Source of the DNA: Camelus ferus
Lineage: Eukaryota
NCBI RefSeq assembly: GCF_009834535.1
Contig: NC_045697.1
Coordinates: 58,034,001-58,098,000, forward strand
Direction: 5' to 3'
DNA length: 64,000 nucleotides
Part shown: positions 1 through 10,815 of the stretch, in pieces
Numbering within the stretch: position 1 is the stretch's first letter
Layout: each line of letters starts with the position of its first letter
The notes under the pieces: generated by a model
Seen by the model: the letters and a program-made list of their open reading frames with translations, nothing else
The model's database searches: none
What the model was told of the DNA's origin: nothing
Translations under genes and position numbers: made by a program

Positions 1-778
1 ACAAAACGAAAAGACAGCATACAGAATGGAGAAAATATTCGCAAATGATGTGACTGACAAGGGACTAATTTCCAAAATATACAAAGAGTTCATACACCTT
101 AATATCAAAGAAATAAGCAACCCAATCCAAAAATGGGCAGAAGATCTAAACAAGCAATTCTCCAACAAAGACATAAAAATGGTCAATAGTCACATGAAAA
201 AATGCTCAGAATGCTAATTGTTAGAGAAATGCAGATTAAAACTACAATGAGGTATCACTTCAAACCAGCCAAAATGGCCATCATTGAAAAGACTACAAAT
301 TACAGATGCTGGAGAGGGTGTGGAGAAAAAGGAACCCTCCTACACTGTTGATGGGAATGTAGATTGGTGCAGCCACTAGGGAGGGCAGTATAGAGGTTCC
401 TTAAAAAACTATAAATAGACTTACCATGTGATCCAGCAATCCCACTCCTGGGCATATATCCAGAGAAAAATAAAATTCAAAAAGACATATGCATCCCAAT
501 GTTCATAGCAGCACTATTTACGATAGCCAAGACATGGAAACAACCCAAATGTCCATCCACAGATGACTGGATAAAGAAGATGCAGTACATATATACAATG
601 GAACACTACTCAGCCATAAAAAGAATAAAATAATGCCATTTGCACCAATATGGATGGACCTGAAGATTGTCATTCTAAGTAAAGTGGGCTGGAAAGAGAA
701 AGAAAAATGCCATATGACATTATTTCTATGAGAAATCTAAAAATAATAACAATAATAATAAGGACACAAATGAACTAA
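1..778 (+). mobile_element. LINE-1 3' portion (ORF2 C-terminus into start of 3' UTR), degenerate, runs off the window's left edge
   Basis: Translation [20 protein letters not shown]...[15 protein letters not shown] is the L1 ORF2 C-terminal region; followed by typical L1 text (cccactcctgggcatatatccagag, atggatggacctgaagattgtcattctaag). Confidence 0.95.
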
Positions 779-2094
779 CTATTATTTTGATTTCTTGAAT
801 ATGTATAAGCACATTTGACTGTCCTTTATGATTGGATTACCACATTCTGTCAATTCTTATTTTGTAGTTGGCTTTATTCCTTTGATAACTATGTAAGTTT
901 AAAAAGCTAAAGATCTAAACTGTTCTTAGAAACAATAATTAGTACATACATTAAAACTAAAAAAAATGTGCAGTATGCTGTATATATGTATTACATGCAA
1001 TATAATGTGTATGTGCAGTCGAACTGTAATAATTCTATGTAACAAAACTGAAAAAGGGGGGCGGGGAGTATATTCTCTCCATAAGTCCCAGAAATGCAGG
1101 TACACACCCTCAACACTCTCCTTCCTGCCTTTCCAAATCGTTAGAGTCAACAATAATGAAACACTCTCATGTATGTGTTATACCTTACTCACGTTCAGGA
1201 GGGACGATAAGTAGTCTTAAGAACCAGTATTATACAGTGCAGTGTTAGTTAGCTAATTAGCCAGTTGTTACTTCAGTGTATTATGGAAAGGTGGTTTTAA
1301 AAAATAGAAGATAAAGTTCATAAACTCAGAAGTAAGTAAGACGAATTGACTGTTCAGTCATGTTATTGACTTGTAATAGAAGATTTAACAGCATTCTAGG
1401 CAAGGGAAGTTGCTTGCCATTTAACGTAGGGCAAGTTTTTATACCTTTAATGCCAACTGAAGAGAACGGTACGAGCGTGGTTTGTCTTTGTTTTTAATAA
1501 GTTTTGCAGTAAAATATTACAAATTATTGTACACTTCTAGTATACGACTGGCAGAAGATTGTAGGTGCTTAGTTAACATGAAATGAATGCATTAAAGGTC
1601 TCAGCTGGGGTACCCCTACCCACCCAAAATCCAGGTAAAACTGACTTAACTCCACAAACGACTGCCCAGCCTGGGTAACTGATTTATACATATCACCATT
1701 TCTGTTTATTTTTACCCAGAGGAGACTTAAGAATTATAATAATGACTTTCTCATTTCCTGTTTGAATAGTATGTTTTATATCAACTACTATGTCTGTCCT
1801 TGGAGTTAGAACAATAACTTTATTGCTATTTGAAGTAACCAGCTTTTACCCACTGAAGTAGAATTACTTTTTTATGTGACTTAAATTATAAAAATTAAGT
1901 AGTGTCAAATAGAGTAAAACTGTTCATTTTTTTGATGGAAGTATCTTTATATAATCATAAATCATATAGATATCCTTTCCTCATTTCATGCCCTATCCTC
2001 AATAACCACTTGGCCCCTAACTTTTTGCTGTCATTATTCTTTCCTGAGCTTAAAAACTATTTCCAACCAACTTTTATTCTTGAACATACCCATT

Positions 2095-2615
2095 TCTCTA
2101 GGGCTTTATAGGGTCTGAGATATTACTCTATTTGCAAGCTCAAAAGTTAGCCTGCCACAATTTCATGAATGGTGGCAGAAGACATGAGATTTCTGGGACA
2201 GAGACAAAGTATTTTATTATTCACAGCACAGCAGACAGCACTGGCTTCATATCTACATCAGTTCCTCTTGCCCCTCAAGTCCATGTGGCAACATGAAGCA
2301 GCCAGTGAGGATGCTTCATGCAAAATGAGTTTATGTCACAGATGTGGTACCTCAGACTTAGGGAACCCTGATATTTTATAATGTAATGGGTTGCAAGGAA
2401 ACATGCTTAACCTTTTCCTCAGAGGGAGATATTATCTCCATTATCTGGTACAGTAAACAAACGTACTCTGCTCTAAAGGAAGACACTACCTTTATCTTCT
2501 AAGTTTTTGGCTACACTAACATAATTGAAAAGGTCATCTGGGGATAAAAGCTGGCAATGTCTCTGCTCACAAGACATGCAGAAATTTGAGTGACCCAGAG
2601 AACTATCTTCCCAAT
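2095..2615 (-). mobile_element. Solo ERVL LTR, LTR40-like
   Basis: Reverse complement reads ttgggaagatagttctc...tttctgcatgtcttgtgagcagag...aataaaatactttgtctctg...cttctgccacc...ggcaggctaac...cttgcaaatagagtaatatctcagaccc, matching my recollection of the LTR40a/b consensus. Confidence 0.7.
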
Positions 2616-3162
2616 CTTTACCCCACTCTTTATCCTTTGTTTTTTACTTTATGTTTATGAATTAAAAAAAATTAGTAGCTACCTGACCAACTAACACATA
2701 TGTATACACACCCACACAAAGCACACAAAAATCTTTTTTTAAAATAATGTTTAACCAATATTTAGGGTCACTGTAAAATTTAAGTAGGATAGTACATAAG
2801 AATATGCTTTGTAAAGTGCAATTTATACACATCATTTTTCTTCTCTCTGTCAACTTATCTATTTAGATCTTCTTTTCCAAATTTTCTTTCCATGTTGGTA
2901 TTTGTTAATAAAGTTTATTCCTTCCCTCAGAAAAAAAATTTCTATAATTGAAGAGAAGGGTTCTATATTAGCAGAATGGCTTCTGAGATTTGGATTTAAC
3001 TATAAAAATATATAGAATATGTGATACTAAAATATTCTGTGATTGTAATTAAATATTTTCATTATTCTAAATACTTTATTTATGGAAAGTATTAGTAGTA
3101 AATAATCATTCTAAAAATTTCCTTTATTTAAAATAAGGTGTGACCTGCATTTAGTCAGGATA

Positions 3163-3437
3163 GCACTATCTGAGAGTAGTATAATGTGAGCCACATAAGT
3201 CATTTTAAGTTTCACTATGTTAAAAAAGGCAAAAGGAAAAAACTGAAAAATTTTACATTTTTTCATATTAAGTCCTCAACATCCAATATGTATTTTATAC
3301 TTCCAGCACATCACAATTCAGATAATATTGTTATTGGATATAGTTCAACTATATTTAATTTCATTTTTTCATTTTATTTTTCATTCTAAGTTCTCAATAG
3401 CCACATGTGGCTATTTGTTATTATATTAGACAACACA
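3163..3437. mobile_element. MER3-like non-autonomous hAT-Charlie DNA transposon
   Basis: Hallmark pieces tataatgtgagccacat... and ctcaatagccacatgtggct...tattagacaacacag. Confidence 0.7.
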
Positions 3438-3756
3438 GAGTTAAAAGCTGCTGAACAAAAGGCAGAATTTGTGTTATTTCTCAGGTCCACTTGGTAGATT
3501 CCTTCAAACGGCCTCTGTTTTTAAAAGTGCCTCGGGTACATGAATTACTTTTTCAGGCCTAGAGAACTCATTTCAAAGAGACAGAAGGTAAAATATTTGC
3601 TAAACAGTGTTGCTGAGCATCAGTAAATGGAGTCCAATAGCAACAGGAGTGAATGGAAAACATATCCTGCCTCTGGGAATGGGAAAAAAATGTATCAGGA
3701 ATAACAAAAGCTACAGTGCAACTTAAGGAATACGGCTGACACATATCAAGAGTGAA

Positions 3757-4587
3757 GGGTCATATGGTAAGTCTATTTTCAGTCTTTTGAGGAATCTCCA
3801 TACTGTTTTCCATAATGGCTGCACGAAACTACACACCCATCAGCCGAGTAGAGGGGTTCCCTTTTCTCCACATACTCTCCAGCATTTATCATTTGTGGAC
3901 TTTTTAATGATGGTCATTCTGACCAGCAATCCCTCTCCTGGGCATGTATCTGGAGGGAACTCTAATTCAAGAAGTTACATGCACCCTAATGTTCATAGCA
4001 CAGTATTTACAATAGACAAGACATGGAAACAACTTAAACGTCCATCGATAGATGACTGGATAAAGAAGTTGTGGTATATTTATACAATGGAATACTACTC
4101 AGTCATAAAAAAGAATAAAATAATGCTGTTTGCAGCAACATGGATGGAACTGGAGATTGTCATTCTAGGTGAAGAAAGACAGAAAAAAAAAGAAAAATAC
4201 CATATGATATCACTCATATGTGGAAGCAAAAAAAAAAGAAAAGAAAAAAGAGGACACTAACAGACACATCTACAAAACAGAAACAGACTCTCAGACATAG
4301 TAAACAATCTTATGGTTACCAAGGGAAAGTTGGTGGGAAGGGCTAAATTTGGAGTTTGAGATTTGCAAATGTTAACCACTATATATAAAAGCAGATAAAT
4401 ACCAGATTTCTTCTGTATAGCACAGGGAACTATATTCAATATCTTATAATAACCTTTAATGAAAAAGAATATGAAAACAAATATATATATATATGAATGA
4501 ATGAGATGTTATGCTGTACATTGGAAACTGACACATTGTAACTGACTATATGTCAATAAAATAAGTAAATAAGTAAATAAAATAAAA
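3757..4587 (+). mobile_element. 5'-truncated, 5'-inverted LINE-1 (3757-~3926 antisense; 3923-4587 sense with 3' UTR and A-rich tail)
   Basis: 3757-3926 is reverse-complement L1 ORF2 (gggtcatatggtaagtctatt...ggtcattctgaccag). From 3923 it is sense L1 (ccagcaatccc...[15 protein letters not shown]...), ending aataaaataagtaaataagtaaataaaataaaa. Confidence 0.9.
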
Positions 4588-4651
4588 CATTGAGGACCCC
4601 TATAAAAAGAGAAGGGAGGGGACTTAAACAAGATAGTAAGAGACAATTAGA

Positions 4652-4784
4652 AGGGATGGGGAGCATATAACTCAAGTAGTAGAGCACATGCTCAGTGTGC
4701 ACAGCATCCTGGGTTCAATCCCTAGTACCTCCTCTAAAAATAAGTAAATAAAGCTAATTACCTTCTCCTCACAAGAAAAATAAT
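4652..4784 (+). mobile_element. tRNA-derived SINE, camelid Vic-1 type
   Basis: A-box-like tataactcaagtagtagagc, B-box gggttcaatccc, tail ctaaaaataagtaaataaagctaattacc; target-site duplication acaattaga at 4643-4651 and 4785-4793. Confidence 0.85.
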
Positions 4785-5707
4785 ACAATTAGATACTTAT
4801 GAGATAGAAGGTTGAAATAAAGTTGAATTATTGTGAAAAAGAAATATAAGAATACAAGCATTAAGGATGTTGTAAAAGGAATAAACATAAGAATTTGAAT
4901 TTGCTAACATCTCAGTTCACTCCCCAATCCACCCTTACCCCTTCAAAAAAAATGAATCAAAGTTAATTGGGTAAGACCAAAATTCTAAAACGAATACAAT
5001 TATAACCTTAATATTTTATTAGCTTGTAAGTTGACTACTACAATAGTTAATGTTAACATTGTAATAATTGTAATGCTGTTACAATATTGTGTTAATATTT
5101 TACAGCAACTAATGAGCTTAAGTAGATTTTAATTGAATTTTGAAATGTCTCGTTAATCTCTCATGATGTGTTATGTATCAAATATCTAGATAAATTCCTA
5201 AGGAAAGATATTTTAAATAAAATCAACATGAACCAAATGTTTAAAATGTTAAAATGCAATCTAAGACTTACCACTCAACATAATTCTATCTCTTAAAATT
5301 CCCCTATTTACTGACTATTTGGTTTATATCCCAAATTCTTCTATTTCCTAGAAATGCAAAGAATGTTAAAATTACATATTGCATAGAGATAATTTAGTGG
5401 AGACTCAGTACAAGTAGATTTACTCTTGATTTAGCCAATTGTTTAAGAAAGAATATTTTATTTCTTTTTCAAGATATTAAGATGCTGAAAGTGAAAGCAA
5501 ATGTACAATTTGAAATGCAAAACTGAAGTTACTCTTTAAGTGAGTACCAAGAAGTGTAAACCCTACAATATGAATATTTTACAAAATACATCAAGCAGAT
5601 TTATCAAAACCCTTGGGAAATACAAACTCCAACCTAATGAGAGAACACTTGCAAAAGACAAAGTATATGATTTGGAATCCTTCAAAAAGAAAACAGATGC
5701 AGGGAAA

Positions 5708-5780
5708 TTAGTGCTGTATCTTCATGGCTCCCATGACGCTCCTTAGAAGCTGCTGAATGGCACCATGGATCTGTCAATAC
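5708..5780 (-). pseudogene. Fossil gene, last exon of 3' module: (E)Y*QIHGAIQQLLRSVMGAMKIQH*
   Basis: Acceptor cattaacag at 5781+ (weak pyrimidine tract), phase 2; one internal TGA; TAA at 5710-5708; possible AATAAA at 5462-5457 on minus. Confidence 0.5.
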
Positions 5781-6732
5781 CTGTTAATGTCATTATGCAT
5801 GAACCTCTATTGAAACCCATGTAAATTGGTAAGACTACTGAATATAATTTTATATTTTTCTTCTTTTGTTTTTCTGGCATTTGGATCTTTGTTATTTGAT
5901 TTTTCTTTTCAAAAAAGTATTTTTTATGCTGCCAGAGCTACTGTGGAATAACTTTAAAATATGATTGTAAAAACCTCTCATTGTGTACACGTGCTCTTTC
6001 TTATTGTCCTCAAATTCAGGTTTTGTGTTTAAGAGACAATGATATCAGCTAAACAGTCTCAAAGCCATGTCTTTGTGACATTATCTTGCGATGTAAGCAA
6101 AGGAGAAACGCAAAATGTTTTGTTGTAGCCTTTTCACCATGTAACTGTGGATCAGATATTTTTCCCCAAGACAGTTCATTAAAAAGGCCTCAGAGGCTGT
6201 TTCCTCTCCTTGTGATGGATGTTGCGCTCATGTAAAGTGGGAAATAACTGCTATTAGTTTTTGTTATGTCTTCTGGAGGTTCCTGTGCTTCAGAGACTCT
6301 GCTGATTCTGGATTTATCAGTCAGGCCCCTCAGGTGTGCCATATTTAATTGGGCTACCTGGAGGCATCGTTAATTAAATAATACACATTGCCATAAGCTA
6401 CAGCATTTTTCCCCTCTGATTGTATTTGCATATGCCACACTCAAGAAAGACTGTGAAACACAGCAAAATAACAATGGCTTGTTATAAAATAACCTTGTTA
6501 AGTCACAGGGCTACTAATAAACTCAATCATGTTCCATGTTATTGAGCTTCTAATGCTTACTGCATCGTGCTAATTTAGGGAGGCTCTTCCCATAACTATT
6601 CCTTTATCTTCTTTGCTGTTTTCAATGCCTAACATACAAAGAACTCCTATTCTTGTTATCTCAGAAATATGTGTTGTTAATCAAAGGAGTCACTGAATAA
6701 GCGAGGGTAGACAGATAAATCATTTATCTTAC

Positions 6733-6973
6733 TCAGGAGAAAAAAATTTAAACATAAAACAAATAAATAATTTAAAAATTAAGCTAACCCAAACCCAAAG
6801 TCAATTAATTCATCTTTTATGCAAAGCAGAACTTTTTTGTCTACCATTATTGTCTACCATTATTATGCTGTATTTAACATCCTTTACTAGAAAAACAAAA
6901 CTTGCCATGGCAGGTGAACAAAATATCTTGTTCTCCAACTTCTCTCTCAACTTAAAAAATATTTTATTTTTTC
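6733..6973 (-). pseudogene. Fossil gene exon: (G)KNKIFFKLREKLENKIFCSPAMASFVFLVKDVKYSIIMVD/KKVLLCIKDELIDFGFGLA*FLNYLFVLCLNF..
   Basis: Acceptor ttatatttcaag, donor ga|gtaaga. Phase-1 start matches the previous exon. Contains a 13-bp tandem duplication (6838-6863) and a probable indel in the T-run near the end. Confidence 0.6.
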
Positions 6974-7019
6974 CTTGAAATATAATAATAAATTTATTTA
7001 AATAACAGTATTTCATATA

Positions 7020-7190
7020 CATATTTATTGTGCAGATTACTACCTGACAACCATTAGGATAGGTAATGTACAGTACACACGTTGTCTGTAATCTTTACCA
7101 AAGACTTAAGATTTCAATTCCACTTCAGATAAAGAAAATGAAGCTTAAAGAGGTTTAGTGGCTGGCTAGAAGGTTTCAAAACAGCTGTAG
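7020..7190 (-). mobile_element. MIR SINE fragment (intronic to the fossil gene)
   Basis: cagataaagaaaatgaagcttaaagaggtt is the reverse of the MIR core. Confidence 0.6.
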
Positions 7191-7894
7191 GGACACTAAA
7201 GACACTTGAAATTTAGAGTATCAATTACTGAACAATATGATTAAAAGCACAAGCAACAATTGAAGAGTAATTGCCTATAAAAGAGAAATAAGAAATATAT
7301 ATATTTCATCAAACAGGAATACCTATTAATGTGCCAACACAAATTAATAAATTTTATTTTCTAAAATTCTCCACCTGATGAAGAGAAAAATACTGAGAAT
7401 TTCAAATTATTATAATTAGTTTAACTATAGTTTTAAATATAAAAAAGACATTTTCTAAGTGCTACTTTAAAATTAGTTTCTCATTTTTGACTTGTCTCAC
7501 CAGCTTTTTTATTTCATTTAGTAATCACCAGTCAATTCATAACATTCTTAGGCAACTATATCTTTTAAAATTTTTCCAAGTAAAATAAGAGCTAAGAGTG
7601 GTAACCAATAATTGTATTCATAAGAATGCATAATGTAATTAGCATATTACCCTGATATTTAGAAAACCAATAACCCTGCACTGCTTTGTGCACTTGTTTC
7701 TGATTTGGAGTCTATTCACTCCTAATTTTTCACAATATAATTTTATTATGAGCATCAGTTAGAGTAATTTGGACAAATGGACATTGAGAGCACTTGCTGG
7801 AAAGAAATAAATATTGTGGTGGAATTACAATAGAATTCATTGCTACTTTTTATATAAGACAACTTATTATTCCTAAAGATGAATTCAGAATTAC

Positions 7895-8108
7895 CTAGAT
7901 ATCAGGAAGATATTTAATGAGACTGAAGAAACTCGTGAAGATGAACGTACTTTGACCATATTAGCATTTCTATTATTAATCCTCCTTCTCATTGTGTCTC
8001 TTTCTTGTGCCCTCCCTGGAGAGCCCGGCTTATCATTGTCACTGGGTCTTGACCTTCTGCTCAACTTATTGTTGAGTCATCCAGACACACCCCGGACCCA
8101 ACAGCCAT
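7895..8108 (-). pseudogene. Fossil gene exon: MAVGSGVCLDDSTIS*AEGQDPVTMISRALQGGHKKETQ*EGGLIIEMLIWSKYVHLHEFLQSH*ISS*YL
   Basis: 214 nt, phase 0 to phase 1; acceptor taccaag, donor ctag|gtaatt. Three TGA stops consistent with CGA decay and one TAA; composition is GC-richer than the flanks. Confidence 0.6.
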
Positions 8109-8745
8109 CTTGGTACATATAGGGAAGTTGGGGGTTGTTCTGCACTTGGGTTGAGATGAGGAATTACCCTACCAAAACATTTAAATTATGTTTTACTTCC
8201 TAATATTTTACTTTTTTTCCTAATATTTTACTTTTTATTTGAACACTTCACTAAAAAAAGTCCAAAGCCCAGCTTTATTTATCAAATTAAGCAAGCATTT
8301 TGAACTTGTGTATTAAAGAGGCTATTAATCCAAGAAACAAAAAAGGTAAGAGCCATAAACTGTTAAGCAAAAGACATCTTCACTCTCCTCTCAAAGATTT
8401 CCCTCACATGAGAAATTAATCCAATAATTCAGTTAGGTTTGCACTAAAAAAATCCAGCATTACAATGACCTTTGTTATCACTGTTATTTTGTGACATTTA
8501 AAATACTTTATAAGACAACACAGCAATTTGACATCACAGAGAATGCAGATGTACTATATAAACTAGGAATTAATACTATTTTTTTCTCTTAATGAGAAAG
8601 AAACCTAAACATCCAAAAGATTTTTAAATTAACACTTGAGTCATATCTTTGGATTTGAAAGAGAATGTAAAGCCTAAATAATCATACTCATTCAAAGTAA
8701 AGCCTCCATTCAATGCCAAGGGGGAAAAAAACTCTGTCAACCTAC

Positions 8746-8938
8746 ATAAAGCCATGTATCATCCATTTTTAAATAACACTCGATGCTTGCGTTTTTAGTT
8801 ACAGTTGGCAGGTGATAACGGTCAAATAATTGGTAAAATCTGGATCCAGTTCCTTTCTCAGAAATTCTGGTTTTCTCCATTTTTTGACCATTAGACTTGA
8901 CCATTTCTCCCATCCTAGCCTCTTCCCAGTATTCAAAA
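8746..8938 (-). pseudogene. Fossil gene exon, stop-free: FEYWEEARMGEMVKSNGQKMEKTRISEKGTGSRFYQLFDRYHLPTVTKNASIECYLKMDDTWLY
   Basis: Very strong acceptor tttgttttcttttctcag, donor tat|gtaggt; 193 nt, phase 2 to phase 0; lies inside ORF-track entry 8737..9024(-). Confidence 0.7.
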
Positions 8939-9257
8939 CTGAGAAAAGAAAACAAATGCAGAAAAGAAACATTCTTCTTGTTTCCTTTACAAGTCCATCT
9001 CATGTTTTGTTTATTATTAGCCATATGTCATAATCACAGATCCAAAATTCTAACCTCTCAATATGATGCTTCTTTATAACATTATCTCTGCAGATCTTTG
9101 TAAGATTATAATGAAAAAGGAACAAGAGACTGTCCTGGAGAATACTCTGAGGGAAAGGGAATAATAATAAGTTTCTGATCATGAAAGCTTAATGAGCAAA
9201 GAAAAGCATTTGCTTATTAATCAGAGTTCAAATATGAATAGTTCATTTTACTCTTAC

Positions 9258-9398
9258 CAATTTGTGGATGAATTTAACATTTGTTTGTATTTTTTTTTTT
9301 TACTTTATGCAATTATACGGCCAGATGATTTCATAGATTTTAAATAAGTGGTTCTTAGTTTCTTGCCTATATTTTCTCATTGACAAAATGAAACTAAC
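9258..9398 (-). pseudogene. Fossil gene exon: LVSFCQ*ENIGKKLRTTYLKSMKSSGRIIA*SKKKKYKQMLNSSTN(C)
   Basis: 141 nt, symmetric phase 2-2; acceptor gaccattag, donor tg|gtaaga. Confidence 0.55.
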
Positions 9399-9503
9399 CT
9401 AATGGTCAAATTACTATCAGGGACAAAAACAGAATGAGAACACAAGAGTTTTTATATACAAAGCATCTCTTCAACATTTAAATATTATAACATAACTTGT
9501 TAC

Positions 9504-10017
9504 CTTTCTTTTATTTAGACTTTTCTAGTAAAAAAATCTAAGACAATGAAGATTTACTTTGGTAAATTTATAAATCGGGGATATCATAACAAGCAGCACA
9601 CTTGGAGACAAATAAGCCTCACTTAAGATAAATATTCCAATGAGTATATTATGTTTATAAAAACTAGTACTAGTTGTTTATGGTTAAGAGACTAGCTTTC
9701 ATTCAGTTTGAATCTTCTGCTAGAAGTTTGAAGTGGCCTGGTCTTTAGTGAGATGCAACTTTTCCTTCCTTAAGAATTTTTATAAATAAATCTCAATCTT
9801 TACTCAGGCTTTGCTTAAAGTACGATTTTGTTCATCCCAGAGTTGACTGCATAATGAGGCAATTTCTCTCTAATTAGTGTCAGGGCATTCTCTTTGTTTT
9901 CTGTCTGCTCTCTCAGCATTTTGGGTCTGCTTGGATGAAGGGAGAGTTTCTTAAGCCCTTTTAGGGGAAAAAGTCATTCCCACATTGAAGTGAAAATGGA
10001 AACAGAATCATCCATTT
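9504..10017 (-). pseudogene. Fossil gene large exon: MDDSVSIFTSMWE*LFPLKGLKKLSLHPSRPKMLREQTENKENALTLIREKLPHYAVNSG...
   Basis: Acceptor gtgtttcag, ATG at 10015, donor ag|gtaaca in phase 2 (512 nt from the ATG). Many stops and probable internal frameshifts. Confidence 0.5.
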
Positions 10018-10689
10018 CTGAAACACAGGTGTCTGTGTTTTTTGGGATGATGTGAACAGGACACAAAGAACTAACCAGAGGAGAAAGACTTCATGCTCAT
10101 GTTGAAACATTTCAGATTAAAGGATCAAAAGAGAAATAAAACCAAAATGGAAATCAAATTATGTATAAAGTTTTATCTTCAGAACAGTTCTTCACTTTTT
10201 GAATGTGAATATTCATATATATTCTCCTCTAAAGTTAACACTACTAGTCAAGTTTTGCATATTCAACTCTGATTCAAATAATTGATTTTGGAAATAACAA
10301 TATTTGGCAACCAGTAGTTAAGGAATTTAAAACCATTTTTATTTCTAAAAACCGTCACTTAATTCTGTATTTTGCATACCTGATTTGGAATTAATAACTG
10401 AGTGACTTATAAACCTACCCCATCGTATTATACAAAGTATTTGTGATTTTCAAACTGCCATATTATTTTTTGTGTGCACAAATAAGCTGCCAAGATTCTT
10501 AGAACTTTCTAGTCTCTCTCACACAACCCTTTTAACTATTGAATAACTTTGAAATCTTACCTTAATGTCATTATTTTCTGAAAGCCTTTGCTCTTGTAAA
10601 CCCAACTCATTCCTAAGTTTTTTTTTTTAATGTGTTCACACAAATACATGCGTACTTTCATTATTGTTATGATGCAGTGATGCCATTAG

Positions 10690-10815
10690 TTACTAGACGA
10701 TCACTCCTATTAGGTATTGAGCAACAAGATGACACATGCTGCCTCTTTTAATTCTTCATGACCACTGTTTATCACAATGCCTACACAAAATTCACACTAT
10801 TTTTGAATAAATGAA
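10690..10815 (+). mobile_element. L2 3' end fragment
   Basis: Ends ...atcacaatgcctacac...tttttgaataaatgaa, the L2 3' terminus pattern. Confidence 0.5.

Noticed and set aside
3787..4260. 157-aa ORF, the longest in the window, as a gene
   Set aside because: It is a chimera of antisense and sense L1 ORF2 across the inversion junction.
4660..4730. Genuine tRNA gene
   Set aside because: Degenerate stems, SINE tail and a TSD indicate a retroposed SINE.
8106..8108. ATG in a strong Kozak context as the start of the fossil gene
   Set aside because: It directly follows an AG and is phase-compatible with the upstream exon, so it is better read as an internal exon start.
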